64,000 nucleotides of DNA from an uncultured Candidatus Saccharibacteria bacterium (GTDB lineage: Bacteria; Patescibacteriota; Minisyncoccia; Phycocordibacterales; WO2-35-19), in contig CAYTTP010000001.1 of assembly GCA_964440955.1 (NCBI GenBank), positions 14,388-78,387 on the forward strand. The letters are read 5' to 3'. The notes below the pieces were generated by a model, which was not told the origin of the DNA, did not search any database, and was given only the letters and a program-made list of their open reading frames with translations. Below, one piece after another: positions 28,561 to 38,853 of the stretch. The position numbers and the translations under genes were made by a program. Positions within the stretch are counted from its first letter, which is position 1. Each line of letters starts with the position of its first letter.

Positions 28561-28988
28561 TATTCTAGATTTTTTTCCTCACTAACTTCTTCCGATTCAG
28601 TTTCCTCTACTTCAGGGAGTTGTTGGATATTTCGCATCTGTCGGCGAATGTCTTTAGCTGCTTTTTCGCGAATATGATACAGCTTGGCACGGCGCACTTT
28701 AGAACGCTTGACTAGTTCTATTTTCTCAATAAGAGGTGAATAAATCGGAAAAATGCGCTCCACTCCGACCCCGCTTGCTACCTTGCGAAGAGTGAAAGTA
28801 CCACCCGCTTCCTTGCCGTGCTTAACCGCCAAACAAAGCCCTTCAAACTGCTGGAGGCGAGTTTTTGGTTTACCTGTTTTTTTATCCTTCTCGATAATCT
28901 TTTGGGTAACACGCACAGTATCCCCACTTCGAATGTCGAGGTCCTTTCTTTCCTTCATATTCACGTTTGAAATTTTTATGTTATTCAT
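28560..28988 (-). CDS. rplS: 50S ribosomal protein L19
   Basis: …GDTVRVTQKIIEKDKK…RLQQFEGLCLAVKHGKEAGGTFTLRKVASGVGVERIFPIYSPLIEKIELVKRSKVRRAKLYHIR. Its position directly after rplB is unusual. Confidence 0.85.
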   Translation of the reverse strand: MNNIKISNVNMKERKDLDIRSGDTVRVTQKIIEKDKKTGKPKTRLQQFEGLCLAVKHGKEAGGTFTLRKVASGVGVERIFPIYSPLIEKIELVKRSKVRRAKLYHIREKAAKDIRRQMRNIQQLPEVEETESEEVSEEKNLE

Positions 28989-29836
28989 TATTTGTTTTTG
29001 CCTACCTTCCTCCTCGATACAATAAATTTATTCGAATACTTCTTCGAGCGGCGTGATTTTTGGCCCTTGCCAGTTGGCTTACCCCAAAGCGATATCGCTC
29101 GACGACGACCACGGCCTTGCCTACCCTCACCTCCTCCATATGGATGGTCAACTGGGTTTTGGGCCGTACCACGAACAGTAGGGCGAATACCCTTCCACCT
29201 GCTTTTGCCAGCTTTACCATAGCTCTCAAGACGCTTTTCTTCATTTGAAACTTCACCAATACTTGCAAAACAAGTTTCTTTCACTTTTCGGATTTCAGTT
29301 GAAGGCATTTTCAAATCTACAAAACCAGCATCCTTTGCCACTACTTGGACAAAATTACCTGCTGAACGAGCGATTTTTGCCCCACCTTTCGGCTTCAATT
29401 CAACGTTGTAAACAAAAGTACCGACTGGTATTTCCTTGAGCATTGTGCGGTTGCCGGGTTTGATATCAGCAGTTTCGCTTGTGATGCAAACATCACCCAC
29501 CCTCACATTCCTAGGCAAAAGTACATAGCGCTTTTCACCATCGTGATAAACAGCAAGGCCAATGAAGCCAGTACGGTTTGGGTCGTACTCAACCGATTTT
29601 ATAGTATAAGGAATATTTATTTTGTTGTATGAAAAATCAACATCCCGAAAAAGTCGCTTGTGACCACCTCCTTTGTGGCGCACACTGATCCGGCCGGCAT
29701 TGTTTCTACCTACTCGCCTTGCATTACCGAAAGTGAGCGACTTTTGAGGTGTATGACCACTAAGCAAATCACCATAGCGAACTACCGACATGTTGCGCCT
29801 TGATTTTGATGTTGGTTTGTATGTTTTAAGTGCCAT
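28988..29836 (-). CDS. rplB: 50S ribosomal protein L2
   Basis: 282 aa, …GRNNAGRISVRHKGGGHKRLFR…. Confidence 0.9.
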   Translation of the reverse strand: MALKTYKPTSKSRRNMSVVRYGDLLSGHTPQKSLTFGNARRVGRNNAGRISVRHKGGGHKRLFRDVDFSYNKINIPYTIKSVEYDPNRTGFIGLAVYHDGEKRYVLLPRNVRVGDVCITSETADIKPGNRTMLKEIPVGTFVYNVELKPKGGAKIARSAGNFVQVVAKDAGFVDLKMPSTEIRKVKETCFASIGEVSNEEKRLESYGKAGKSRWKGIRPTVRGTAQNPVDHPYGGGEGRQGRGRRRAISLWGKPTGKGQKSRRSKKYSNKFIVSRRKVGKNK

Positions 29837-29859
29837 TGCGATAAATTAAAAATTGAAGA

Positions 29860-30150
29860 TTATTCTATTTTGTCACCATCCTTCAAATAAACGTAAGCTT
29901 TTTTAACCCCCGGCTTAGACCCACGCTTGCCACGAACAAAAACGCGCTTGGCTGGGTTTTTAACAATACGTACAGACTTTGGTTTTACCTTATGATATTC
30001 AGCCACAGCCTTAGCAACACTTTTTTTGGTAGCCGTGCTTTCAATCTCAAAAACATAAACATTTTTAGACATCAGTACGCTCGCCTTTTCGGTCACACGA
30101 GGCGCCTTCAAAGTATGGGTGTATTCTGTTTTATTTTTTGCCTTAGTCAT
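29860..30150 (-). CDS. rplW: 50S ribosomal protein L23
   Basis: 96 aa, …LKAPRVTEKAS…. Confidence 0.85.
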   Translation of the reverse strand: MTKAKNKTEYTHTLKAPRVTEKASVLMSKNVYVFEIESTATKKSVAKAVAEYHKVKPKSVRIVKNPAKRVFVRGKRGSKPGVKKAYVYLKDGDKIE

Positions 30151-30153
30151 TAT

Positions 30154-30813
30154 TTATTTCGTCTTAGTGGTGAAAGTTTTGATCGCGACCTCCGGATCAG
30201 TCATCACTAAATATTTGTATTGCAAAAGGTCAATTACGTTCAAATCTTTAGCGAGACCGACTTCGATATTACCAAAGTTGCTGAAGCTCTTTTCTACGTT
30301 CAAATCACGCTTAGAAAGCGAAATATAGGCCGTATTCTTGCGTCTTGAAAGGCCAGAAAAATCTTTGTTTTTTGAAAGAGAAGTAAGGACAGCCTTTGCT
30401 TCCTTTGTCTTTGGAGCAGCAAACAAAAGAGTGTCGAGGAAAATTATCTCACCGTCTTTAAATTTTTGAGAAAGTACAGTGAAAAGAGCTTTGGTTTTCA
30501 TCTTCTTATTTATTTTTCGGCTGTAGTCACGCTCATTCCTTGGGCCATGTGAAATACCTCCACCAACCCAAATAGGGCTACGACGTGAACCATGCCTTGC
30601 ACGACCGGTACCCTTTTGGCGCCATGGCTTGATGCCCGAACCAGAAACCTCGCCACGATTTTTGGTATGAGCTATCGGAGTGCGCATATTGCCCATGATC
30701 GAAGTGACGACCTGGTGGACCAAAGCGTCATTTTTTGGCAAACCGAAAATGCTTTCTGGGAGTTTTACCTTTCCGATTTCCTTTCCTGTTTGGTTGTATA
30801 TTGCTGATTCCAT
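30154..30813 (-). CDS. rplD: 50S ribosomal protein L4
   Basis: 219 aa, …[25 protein letters not shown]…. Confidence 0.9.
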   Translation of the reverse strand: MESAIYNQTGKEIGKVKLPESIFGLPKNDALVHQVVTSIMGNMRTPIAHTKNRGEVSGSGIKPWRQKGTGRARHGSRRSPIWVGGGISHGPRNERDYSRKINKKMKTKALFTVLSQKFKDGEIIFLDTLLFAAPKTKEAKAVLTSLSKNKDFSGLSRRKNTAYISLSKRDLNVEKSFSNFGNIEVGLAKDLNVIDLLQYKYLVMTDPEVAIKTFTTKTK

Positions 30814-30860
30814 GTTTGTAATTGAATTATGAATCTTGATTTATGAATTATGCATAATTC

Positions 30861-31508
30861 TTACCTGCCCGAATGACTCGGTCGGGCGGGATTCATACTT
30901 CGTACTTCAACTATCGTACCGCGGCGACCAGGGACTGCGCCTCTCAACATTACAGTGTTCGATTCAGCATCAATGCCCGCGACCATCAAATTTTTGACAG
31001 TCACCCGCTCGCCACCCATCCGGCCGGCCATGCGCATACCCTTGATGACGCGACCTCCAGCACGACCACCGCCACCAATAGAACCCGGCTCACGTTCAGA
31101 GTGTTTTTGACCATGACTTCTTGGTCCCCCATGGAAGCCGTGTCGCTTAACCACACCTTGAAAGCCCTTACCTTTTGAAATGGCTGAAACAGTAACAAAA
31201 TCACCAACTTTGACCGCTTCAAGAGAGATAGTGTCGCCCTTCTTCAAGTCACCAACTTCTGCCGTCCTATATTCTTTGATGACCTCGGGAAGAGCCATAT
31301 CCTTCAATTGTCCTTTGACCGCCTTCGAAACATTCTTATCTTTTCGAGTGCCGGCCCCAATTTGTACTGCGTTATAGCCATCTTTCTCTGTATTTTTGGT
31401 AGTGATCACCGTCATTGGCATGACCGACAAAACAGTCACCGGCAAAACAGCTCCTTCTTCAGAGAAAATTTGGGTCATATTCACTTTTTTCGCCAACAAA
31501 AATTTCAT
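30861..31508 (-). CDS. rplC: 50S ribosomal protein L3
   Basis: 215 aa, …GKGFQGVVKRHGFHGGPRSHGQ…. Confidence 0.9.
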   Translation of the reverse strand: MKFLLAKKVNMTQIFSEEGAVLPVTVLSVMPMTVITTKNTEKDGYNAVQIGAGTRKDKNVSKAVKGQLKDMALPEVIKEYRTAEVGDLKKGDTISLEAVKVGDFVTVSAISKGKGFQGVVKRHGFHGGPRSHGQKHSEREPGSIGGGGRAGGRVIKGMRMAGRMGGERVTVKNLMVAGIDAESNTVMLRGAVPGRRGTIVEVRSMNPARPSHSGR

Positions 31509-31668
31509 TGTTTTGAAGTTGACTGCCGCAGGCTCGCCATAAGGAGAACCCAGAGCAAAATAAAAGGCCTACTGGCTTTTGCATAGACTAACAAACCGCC
31601 TCAAAAAAGTCAAAGGGCGGGACGTCTTCGACACCCCGCCCTATATTAACTTCTAGTGGTCTCACCCC

Positions 31669-32070
31669 CTAACTCCGAAAAGTCAGGTCGCCCGGAGACA
31701 GGCGATCAAACTTCTTCCGAGCCATATGACTGGTTACGGGAAGAATAGAAAACAAGACCACTATGCTGATACCGACCATCAATAGACCCGTTTTCGGTTC
31801 AATGAAGGCCAAGATTGACCCGAAAAATAAAAACGCGAGGAAAAGACCAATCATCCGAGCAATCAACGCATCCCGATATTCAGAGATTTTCTCCCTTTTT
31901 TCATCGGCGGCGCGCTGTTCTTGTCCCAACTTCACAGTCCTGACCACTTGGTCTAGATAATCAGCGACAAGTTCTTCGGGCGACCCTGTGTCTCTGTTGA
32001 GCTCTCGAAGCCGAGTCATTGTGGATATTGGAATCTTCACAAGAATGAAGGATCCTTGCTCTTCGTTCAT
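31669..32070 (-). CDS. hypothetical membrane protein inserted between rpsJ and rplC
   Basis: 133 aa with a soluble N-terminal part and two C-terminal TM helices. It occupies the normally tight S10-L3 junction. Confidence 0.5.
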   Translation of the reverse strand: MNEEQGSFILVKIPISTMTRLRELNRDTGSPEELVADYLDQVVRTVKLGQEQRAADEKREKISEYRDALIARMIGLFLAFLFFGSILAFIEPKTGLLMVGISIVVLFSILPVTSHMARKKFDRLSPGDLTFRS

Positions 32071-32103
32071 GCTTCCACCTCCTCCCAGTTTTATACCACA
32101 AAA

Positions 32104-32140
32104 ACAAAAACCCCGCCGGTGTGCCGGCGGGGTTTTTGTT
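32104..32140 (-). terminator. GC-rich hairpin terminator downstream of rpsJ
   Basis: aaaaaccccgccgg tgtg ccggcggggttttt. Confidence 0.6.
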
Positions 32141-32158
32141 TTTGTGTCGTTTGCCTTG

Positions 32159-32207
32159 CCCCTCCCTCTCCTAAGTCTAGGAGAGGACGAGCGAAGCGAG
32201 GGTGAGG
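32159..32207. repeat. GC-rich palindromic repeat (family copy): cccctccctctcctaagtctaggagagga cgagcgaagcgagggtgagg, abutting the rpsJ stop
   Basis: Consensus-like copy with a CTAGGAGAGG core and a GGGTGAGG tail. Confidence 0.6.
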
Positions 32208-32208
32208 T

Positions 32209-32577
32209 CTACGCTATCTTCACATCAATGTTCACGCCACTAGGGAGTGAAAGATTGGTGAGGGCGTCCATTATTTTTGGAGTCGGGTTTATGATGTCGA
32301 TCACCCGGCGGTGTACCCGCATTTCAAACTGTTCACGAGCGTTTTTGTATACGAATGGCGCGCGGTTTACGGTGTACTTTTTGATTTCAGTCGGCAAAGG
32401 GATCGGTCCTACCACCTGCGCATCATAGCGCAAAGCGGTATCGATGATTTGCTTAACCGAAATATCAAGTACCTTATACTCGTAAGCCATCACTCGAATA
32501 CGAAGCTTCGAAACAGCTTCCTCCTTTTTCTTTGAGACTTTCTTGGTTTTAGATTCTTTTTTTAACGTGCTTTCCAT
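32209..32577 (-). CDS. rpsJ: 30S ribosomal protein S10
   Basis: The C-terminal 100 aa match S10 (…RIRVMAYEYKVLD…VHRRVIDI…). The N-terminus carries a Lys-rich extension. Confidence 0.85.
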   Translation of the reverse strand: MESTLKKESKTKKVSKKKEEAVSKLRIRVMAYEYKVLDISVKQIIDTALRYDAQVVGPIPLPTEIKKYTVNRAPFVYKNAREQFEMRVHRRVIDIINPTPKIMDALTNLSLPSGVNIDVKIA

Positions 32578-32634
32578 ATTCTGATTGAAAATTGAAGATT
32601 AAAAATTTTTAATTTCTAATTTTCAATTTTTAAT

Positions 32635-33837
32635 TTACTTAATGATCTTGGTCACTACTCCCGCACCGACAGTTTTGCCTCCTTCACGGATAGCAAATTT
32701 TTGCTTTTCTTCAAGAGCGATCGGCGAAACGAGTTTGACATTGAAGGTTGCAGTATCGCCAGGCATTACCATTTCAACACCCTGGGCAAGAGTCACTTCG
32801 CCAGTCACGTCGGTAGTACGGATATAGAATTGAGGTTTGTATCCAGTGAAAAATGGAGTGTGGCGACCACCTTCTTCCTTTTTCAAGATGTAAACTTCAG
32901 ACTCAAACTCAGTATGAGGAGTCACGCTACCTGGCTTTGCAAGCACCTGACCTCGGTGTACGTCTTCCTTTTTCAAGCCTCGGATCAAGATACCTGCATT
33001 GTCTCCAGCTTCACCACGATCGAGTGATTTGTTGAACATTTCGATACCGGTCACTGTTGTTTTTTGAGCATCTTTAAGACCGATAACCTCAACATCTTCA
33101 CCTACTTTGATGACACCGCGCTCGATTTTTCCAGTTACTACTGTACCTCTACCTTCAATCGAGAAGATATCTTCAACAGGCATAAGGAATGGCTTATCAA
33201 GATCACGAATAGGATTTGGAATATAAGTATCAACGGTGCTTATAAGTTCAAGAACTTTTTGAGCCCATTCATCAGAAGGATCTTTGGCTTCAAGAGCCTT
33301 GAGTCCAGAGCCACGGATGACAGGAGTGTTTGCTCCGTCATAGCCGTTTTTAGTAAGGAGTTCACGAATTTCTTCTTCTACCAAGTCAATAAGGTCCTTG
33401 TCAGGCACCATGTCGCACTTGTTCAAAAAGACTACGATCTTAGGCACACCGACTTGTTTAGCAAGCAAGATGTGTTCACGAGTTTGAGGCATCACACCAT
33501 CAGTAGCAGCAACCACAAGGATGGCGCCATCCATTTGAGCTGCACCAGTGATCATGTTTTTGATGTAGTCAGCGTGACCTGGAGCATCAATGTGAGCGTA
33601 GTGACGACCTGGGGTCCAATATTCGGAGTGGTGGAGAGCGATGGTTATTCCTCGAGCTTTTTCTTCAGGGGCATTATCAATGCTGTCGACTGCTTCGACA
33701 CGTGCACCGTAGCCAGTCGCTTTGTTTAAATCAAGGACATGAAGAATAGACGCGGTCAAAGTTGTCTTGCCGTGGTCGACGTGACCAACTGTTCCAACGT
33801 TTACGTGTGGTTTTGAACGATCAAAAGTTTCTGCCAT
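32635..33837 (-). CDS. tuf: elongation factor Tu
   Basis: 400 aa with [18 protein letters not shown] and NKCD motifs. Confidence 0.95.
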   Translation of the reverse strand: MAETFDRSKPHVNVGTVGHVDHGKTTLTASILHVLDLNKATGYGARVEAVDSIDNAPEEKARGITIALHHSEYWTPGRHYAHIDAPGHADYIKNMITGAAQMDGAILVVAATDGVMPQTREHILLAKQVGVPKIVVFLNKCDMVPDKDLIDLVEEEIRELLTKNGYDGANTPVIRGSGLKALEAKDPSDEWAQKVLELISTVDTYIPNPIRDLDKPFLMPVEDIFSIEGRGTVVTGKIERGVIKVGEDVEVIGLKDAQKTTVTGIEMFNKSLDRGEAGDNAGILIRGLKKEDVHRGQVLAKPGSVTPHTEFESEVYILKKEEGGRHTPFFTGYKPQFYIRTTDVTGEVTLAQGVEMVMPGDTATFNVKLVSPIALEEKQKFAIREGGKTVGAGVVTKIIK

Positions 33838-33930
33838 AATTTTTAAATATTAAATTCCCTATAATTTTTAAACGCTTCCAAAGAGCGCCCTTTTCATTGT
33901 CCTTCAAATGTAACAAATAGTTCAAAACTG

Positions 33931-34230
33931 TCAAGCAAATATGGCAGCGGTGGCTTTTTTGAGACGCGCCATTTCTTCGGAGACTATAGCCGAGAAGTCT
34001 GGTACCCGAGTTTTTAGAAACTTTATTACTTCCTCATAGTTGCCTTCGGCCTTGCCTACCACCTCTTCAAACTCATTCATTTTGGCCTCGTCAAGCTCAT
34101 CCACCGAACGCTCAATGACAGCCTCAAAAAGCAAGTTACCTATCTTTTCGATCATTTCATCCTGCTCGGTCGACACAACCCCCTCCAGGCCGAAGTCTTT
34201 TATTATTTTTGTTTTAAGTTCGTTGTTCAT
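33931..34230 (-). CDS. hypothetical acidic protein
   Basis: 99 aa ORF immediately downstream of the 880-aa gene. No family assigned. Confidence 0.4.
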   Translation of the reverse strand: MNNELKTKIIKDFGLEGVVSTEQDEMIEKIGNLLFEAVIERSVDELDEAKMNEFEEVVGKAEGNYEEVIKFLKTRVPDFSAIVSEEMARLKKATAAIFA

Positions 34231-34241
34231 GTTTTTTAAAG

Positions 34242-36884
34242 TTATGCGGCCCTGCTTTGGAGTTGGTGTTTCGATACAGCAAGCTCATTGAGCCGACCAA
34301 AAAATTGTTCTACGGTCTCGTTTTCATAAGGCTTTATGTCATTACCGACATACTGCATCATTTGATTCATCCTCTCCATCAATGCTTGATGAGTTTTTGA
34401 AGCACCAAGTACCTCAACCGCCGCCTCATCCAACCCTGGTGAAATCGAGTTTTGGGTAAAAAATGTTATAACCGCCTTGGCCGGCATTTTTTTGACTGCA
34501 AGCCATTCCGGGTTTATTTCCCCACCCTGTTTTGGGCCGGTACCAAAAAATCCAGTTTTCTTGCCATACAAATCATCAAGTTCATATTTCAAATTGTTTT
34601 CTAGAGAGTTCGACGCCATCAAAGAGTTTGTATGGCGATCGACATCGCTACTCATTGATCGCACAAGTTCGAGTTCGGGTTTTGCTTTGGGTAATGGCTC
34701 CAAAACGGCAGGTGGCTCCTCGGCTTCTGGTATCTTATTTTTTATTTCTTCTATTATGTCCTGAAATTCTTTCATAAAATCTCTGAATTCAGGGCTACTG
34801 ATATCTTTATTTTTATAAAAGGTTTTTATTTTTTCTCCTGAATCTTGCAAATAACTTATCCATTCATCCAACTCTTTTGGTTTATCAAGAGAAGTGGAGA
34901 CTTTCATTTTTTGCATTTGCAAAAGTTCCAAAAAAACTCTCCTTTCCTTTTGGACCTCCGAAAAAGTATGGAAAACTTGATTTTCCATAGGATCCAAACC
35001 TTCTGGAGCTTTAAATGACTCGTCTGATGTTGCATCCACTATACCTGCCGCCTTAGGTTTTTGACTCAAAATCTCTTCTACCTTCACTTCGGTATTTGGG
35101 TTTGCTTCGACCCAGGCCGATATTTTTTTATTATTTTCCAATATCAAATCCTGCTTTGCCGAGTCAAGTCCATCGGCCTTTTCAAAAACACCTTCGATGT
35201 ATTTTTTGTCTTCAAAAAGCTTGGTGAAATCGAGTTTGTCACCTTGCCAAATCACCCCACCACTTCTCGTACCAAAGGCAGTCGGGTCACTATTGACCTC
35301 ATTTATCAAATGATTTACGACAAAAGTCTTTTGGGCTTCGCTCATATTGGCAAAGCGTTCGTTGCTCTCGAGTGAACCGTGCAAAATTTTCCAAAGAGAG
35401 TCTCCTTTCTCAACAGTGTGAAGCGCGCGCGAAGGGTCCTTCAGGATCGACTCATTTTCAACTTTCGCTTTAGCCAAGACTTCCTCTTTTGCTTCCATCT
35501 CCGATGGGCCAGTTGATTGAGTTTTTGACACTCCAACTTCGGTAGTTCCTGTTTTTGGCTTTTCTTCAAAAGAGACGCCGGTTTTTATGTTGCCGTTTAA
35601 CAGGCCTTCCGTTAACCCAACAATAAGTCCTGTACCCGCACCTGCCCCAATAGTGACCGCCGCTTTTTTGATTTTTGCGTTTCGTCTTTCTTTTTCATAA
35701 TACTCGGCTATAGAGCGTAGTTTTTGGGCCTGTTCGGCAAGCGAAATGTTTTCATCGTTTAGCACCAACTGCTTTTCCTCCTCCTCTTTTTTGTTAAGCT
35801 CTTCCACTGACCAGCTTTTCTTGTTTTCGGCCCATATACCAGCCGCAGTCGAAAAACCAAACGAAGCCGCTCTCTTTGCTACACCAAAACCACCGTAAGC
35901 GATAGCTCCTCCGGCTGTTAGCGTCCCCAAAGCATAACCAACTCCACCTCCCACCAAAACCAAAGAGGAAGTGATAGCAAACCTTGTCAATTTATCCTGT
36001 TTCAAAAACCAAGAAACCGCCTTGTTTTTCAAAAGCCCTCTCGCCTTTTCAAGTACCTTGTCTCCCAAAGTTTCGCCCCACACCTTTCTAAATTCCTCCA
36101 AGTATTCTTTTTGATCATTGATCAAAAATTCGTTTCGGGCTTCTTTGAGCAGATCGGGGTTTTCGCCATATTCAGACTTCATTTCATCTACAACCAAAAC
36201 TCTCGCCTGCTCGTACAAACTCTTAGCCCTTTCTCGATCGTCTACGATTCTTTTATGCTCTTCTTCAGTTGTCCCACCTTTTAGACTTTTTTTGGCCACA
36301 TACTCAAGCTCGGCATACCGGCTTCTTGCTTGTTTAAAATTTTTATAGGCTTCGCTCTCTCGCCAACCTTCAACATTTACCTGCTTAGCTTCTGGGACAG
36401 CTCCGCTTTTTTTATCTTGAGTGTCAAATAAATCAGGGTAAAGCGTCAGCCTATCTTTATTAGAAGATTTTCTGGAATTCTGTATTTCAAGCAAAAATTC
36501 AGTAAGACTTTCTAGATCAGCGTCAGGTCCCAAAGTAAGGAAACCTGATGTACCAACCATATCGTGAGCCGTCGAACCATTGGTGGATAATCTTACTTTA
36601 TCTATATAGGTATCAATCGGATCTTTCAATCCAGCCTTTCTTAGAGCATCCAAAAATGTTTCAAATAACTTCTCATTTGACCCCCTAGCCGCGTCTATTT
36701 CAAAACCCATCTTTTGAATCTCCTGCTTGACCTCCTCAGCATGGGCAACCTCCGCTTTGGTCCGCCCATCCGGACCAACTACCAAATCATCGTTGCTTAT
36801 ACCATCAAGGTTTAAATCTTTAATAGCCTGTGTGTCAGCATCACTCAAAACATAATGTGACAAATCATCTTTTGAAGGATTCAT
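34242..36884 (-). CDS. large hypothetical membrane protein (880 aa) with central glycine-zipper TM hairpins and a LysM-like segment
   Basis: Continuous 880-aa ORF with a coiled-coil N-terminal region and central GGGVGYALGTLTAGGAIAYGGFGVA and GAGAGTGLIVGLTEGLL segments. VEKGDSLWKIL resembles a LysM core. Confidence 0.6.
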   Translation of the reverse strand: MNPSKDDLSHYVLSDADTQAIKDLNLDGISNDDLVVGPDGRTKAEVAHAEEVKQEIQKMGFEIDAARGSNEKLFETFLDALRKAGLKDPIDTYIDKVRLSTNGSTAHDMVGTSGFLTLGPDADLESLTEFLLEIQNSRKSSNKDRLTLYPDLFDTQDKKSGAVPEAKQVNVEGWRESEAYKNFKQARSRYAELEYVAKKSLKGGTTEEEHKRIVDDRERAKSLYEQARVLVVDEMKSEYGENPDLLKEARNEFLINDQKEYLEEFRKVWGETLGDKVLEKARGLLKNKAVSWFLKQDKLTRFAITSSLVLVGGGVGYALGTLTAGGAIAYGGFGVAKRAASFGFSTAAGIWAENKKSWSVEELNKKEEEEKQLVLNDENISLAEQAQKLRSIAEYYEKERRNAKIKKAAVTIGAGAGTGLIVGLTEGLLNGNIKTGVSFEEKPKTGTTEVGVSKTQSTGPSEMEAKEEVLAKAKVENESILKDPSRALHTVEKGDSLWKILHGSLESNERFANMSEAQKTFVVNHLINEVNSDPTAFGTRSGGVIWQGDKLDFTKLFEDKKYIEGVFEKADGLDSAKQDLILENNKKISAWVEANPNTEVKVEEILSQKPKAAGIVDATSDESFKAPEGLDPMENQVFHTFSEVQKERRVFLELLQMQKMKVSTSLDKPKELDEWISYLQDSGEKIKTFYKNKDISSPEFRDFMKEFQDIIEEIKNKIPEAEEPPAVLEPLPKAKPELELVRSMSSDVDRHTNSLMASNSLENNLKYELDDLYGKKTGFFGTGPKQGGEINPEWLAVKKMPAKAVITFFTQNSISPGLDEAAVEVLGASKTHQALMERMNQMMQYVGNDIKPYENETVEQFFGRLNELAVSKHQLQSRAA

Positions 36885-37047
36885 AGGTACTTCAAATTAT
36901 ACGTTCAAAATCGTTTTAAACAAAACTTGACTGTGAAGAACGTAGGGTATATAATGTGATCCAATACTGAATGACCCGAAATTCCGCCCGAAAGCGGAAT
37001 TTCTGTTTATAAGTACTTATAATTTATCCGCATAATCTTCGTATTAT

Positions 37048-38208
37048 ATGTTTGACCTAAAAATCATAAATTCAGTCCTTGACCAGCTCGAAGAGGAGCG
37101 CGGCATCCCAAAGGAAAAAGTACTCGAAGCAATCGAGCTTTCCCTCGCTGCCGCCTACAAAAAAGAGTACGGCAAGCGCGGGCAAATCATCCGTGCCACT
37201 TTCAACATTCAAACCGGTGAAGTTGAAATGAATCAAGTAAAAATCGTAGTTGATGAGAGCAAGGTTTTCATGAACAAGGAAGATCTTGAAGAAGCTCTTG
37301 AAGACGCCGAGGCAAACGACGATGACCGAGTCCTCTACAACCCCGAGCACCACATCCTCCTTGAAGATGCGAAGAAGATAAAGAAAGGGGCCGAGCTCGG
37401 CGACGAAATCTCCTTCCCTCTCGAATCAAAAGGCGACTATGGACGCATTGCCTCCCAAACAGCAAAACAAGTCATCATGCAAAAAATCCGCGAAGCTGAA
37501 CGGTCTTCGGTACTCGATGAATTTGGCGCTCGTGAAGGCGACATCGTAACAGGTACTGTCCAGCGTATTGAGCGCGGCAATATTTTTATCGATGTCGGAC
37601 GTGCTGTCGGTATCCTCCCTTATGAAGAACAAATCCCCGGTGAACGCTTTACTCAAGGTGAGCGAGTTCGGAGCTTTATGTACAAAGTTGAGGATGGCCC
37701 CAAAGGAGTTGTCCTTAGGCTTTCACGCTCACATCCGAAGTTTTTGATAAAGCTTTTCGAAAACGAAGCGCCAGAACTAGCAAGCGGCACAATCGAGATC
37801 AAGGCCGTAGCTCGCGAAGCAGGCTCGCGCTCAAAAATAGCGGTCGCCACCAATGATCAATATATTGATCCGGTAGGTGCCCTTGTAGGTCAACGCGGAG
37901 TACGTGTCTCGACAGTGACTGGAGAATTACACGGTGAAAAAATAGATGTTATTGAATGGTCAGAAAATCCTAGTGAATTTATCGAAGACGCTCTCTCTCC
38001 GGCCAAAATAGCAAGTGTCGAAATAGACGAAGAAAACCGTGAAGCAAAAATAACAGTAAGTGAAGACCAGCAGTCGCTTGCTATCGGTAAAGGCGGCCAA
38101 AACGTACGCCTCGCGGCCAAACTGACTGGCTGGAGAATTGATATCAAATCAGTAGCCGGCCAAGAGCTAGAAACAGCTGACGGTACGAAGACAAACAACG
38201 AAGAATAG
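37048..38208 (+). CDS. nusA: transcription termination/antitermination factor NusA
   Basis: 386 aa with an N-terminal domain, an S1 domain and two KH domains (…IAIGKGGQNVRLAAKLTGWRIDIK…). Confidence 0.9.
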   Translation: MFDLKIINSVLDQLEEERGIPKEKVLEAIELSLAAAYKKEYGKRGQIIRATFNIQTGEVEMNQVKIVVDESKVFMNKEDLEEALEDAEANDDDRVLYNPEHHILLEDAKKIKKGAELGDEISFPLESKGDYGRIASQTAKQVIMQKIREAERSSVLDEFGAREGDIVTGTVQRIERGNIFIDVGRAVGILPYEEQIPGERFTQGERVRSFMYKVEDGPKGVVLRLSRSHPKFLIKLFENEAPELASGTIEIKAVAREAGSRSKIAVATNDQYIDPVGALVGQRGVRVSTVTGELHGEKIDVIEWSENPSEFIEDALSPAKIASVEIDEENREAKITVSEDQQSLAIGKGGQNVRLAAKLTGWRIDIKSVAGQELETADGTKTNNEE

Positions 38209-38256
38209 CCCTTCCTCCTTCCCTCTCTTAACTCTAGGAGATGGGTTGAGGTGAGG
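38209..38256. repeat. GC-rich palindromic repeat (family copy): cccttcctccttccctctcttaactctaggagatgggttgaggtgagg
   Basis: Intergenic, between nusA and ppa. It has the CTAGGAGA core and a GGTGAGG tail. Confidence 0.6.
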
Positions 38257-38280
38257 TATTAAAATTAATTTTAAATCACT

Positions 38281-38805
38281 ATGAACTTATGGCACGAAAT
38301 TGATCCGGGCTCGAAAGAAAGCATGAATGTAATAATCGAGATCAATAAAGGATCAAAAAACAAATACGAAATCGACAAAAAAACCGGTCTTATCGCCCTT
38401 GACCGTGTTGCGCACACCGCCCAAGACTTCCCTTTTGATTATGGTTTTGTCCCTCAAACTCTTTGGCACGACAATGACCCGCTCGATGTAATACTCCTTA
38501 CTACTCACCCACTATTACCTGGTATATTGGTCCACGCAAGACCAATCGCCATCATGAACATGATAGATAGCGGTGAAGGTGATGACAAAATAATCGCAGT
38601 ACCAACTGATGATCCACGTTTTGCTGATATCAAAGATTTGACCGACATCAACAAACACACCATAAAGGAAATAGAGCACTTCTACTCGACCTACAAGAAA
38701 CTTCAAAACAAAGTAGTTGAAGTACATGGTTTTAAAGGAAAAGAAGTTGCTGAATCTGCTTTTGAAGAAGGGCGCAAACTATACGCTGACAAGTACTCAA
38801 AATAA
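38281..38805 (+). CDS. ppa: inorganic pyrophosphatase (family I)
   Basis: 174 aa, …DPLDVILL… and …DDKIIAV… are PPase signatures. Confidence 0.85.
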   Translation: MNLWHEIDPGSKESMNVIIEINKGSKNKYEIDKKTGLIALDRVAHTAQDFPFDYGFVPQTLWHDNDPLDVILLTTHPLLPGILVHARPIAIMNMIDSGEGDDKIIAVPTDDPRFADIKDLTDINKHTIKEIEHFYSTYKKLQNKVVEVHGFKGKEVAESAFEEGRKLYADKYSK

Positions 38806-38853
38806 GCTATAATATATTCATCCCGACACGGCTGATTACTATTAACGTTTAAA

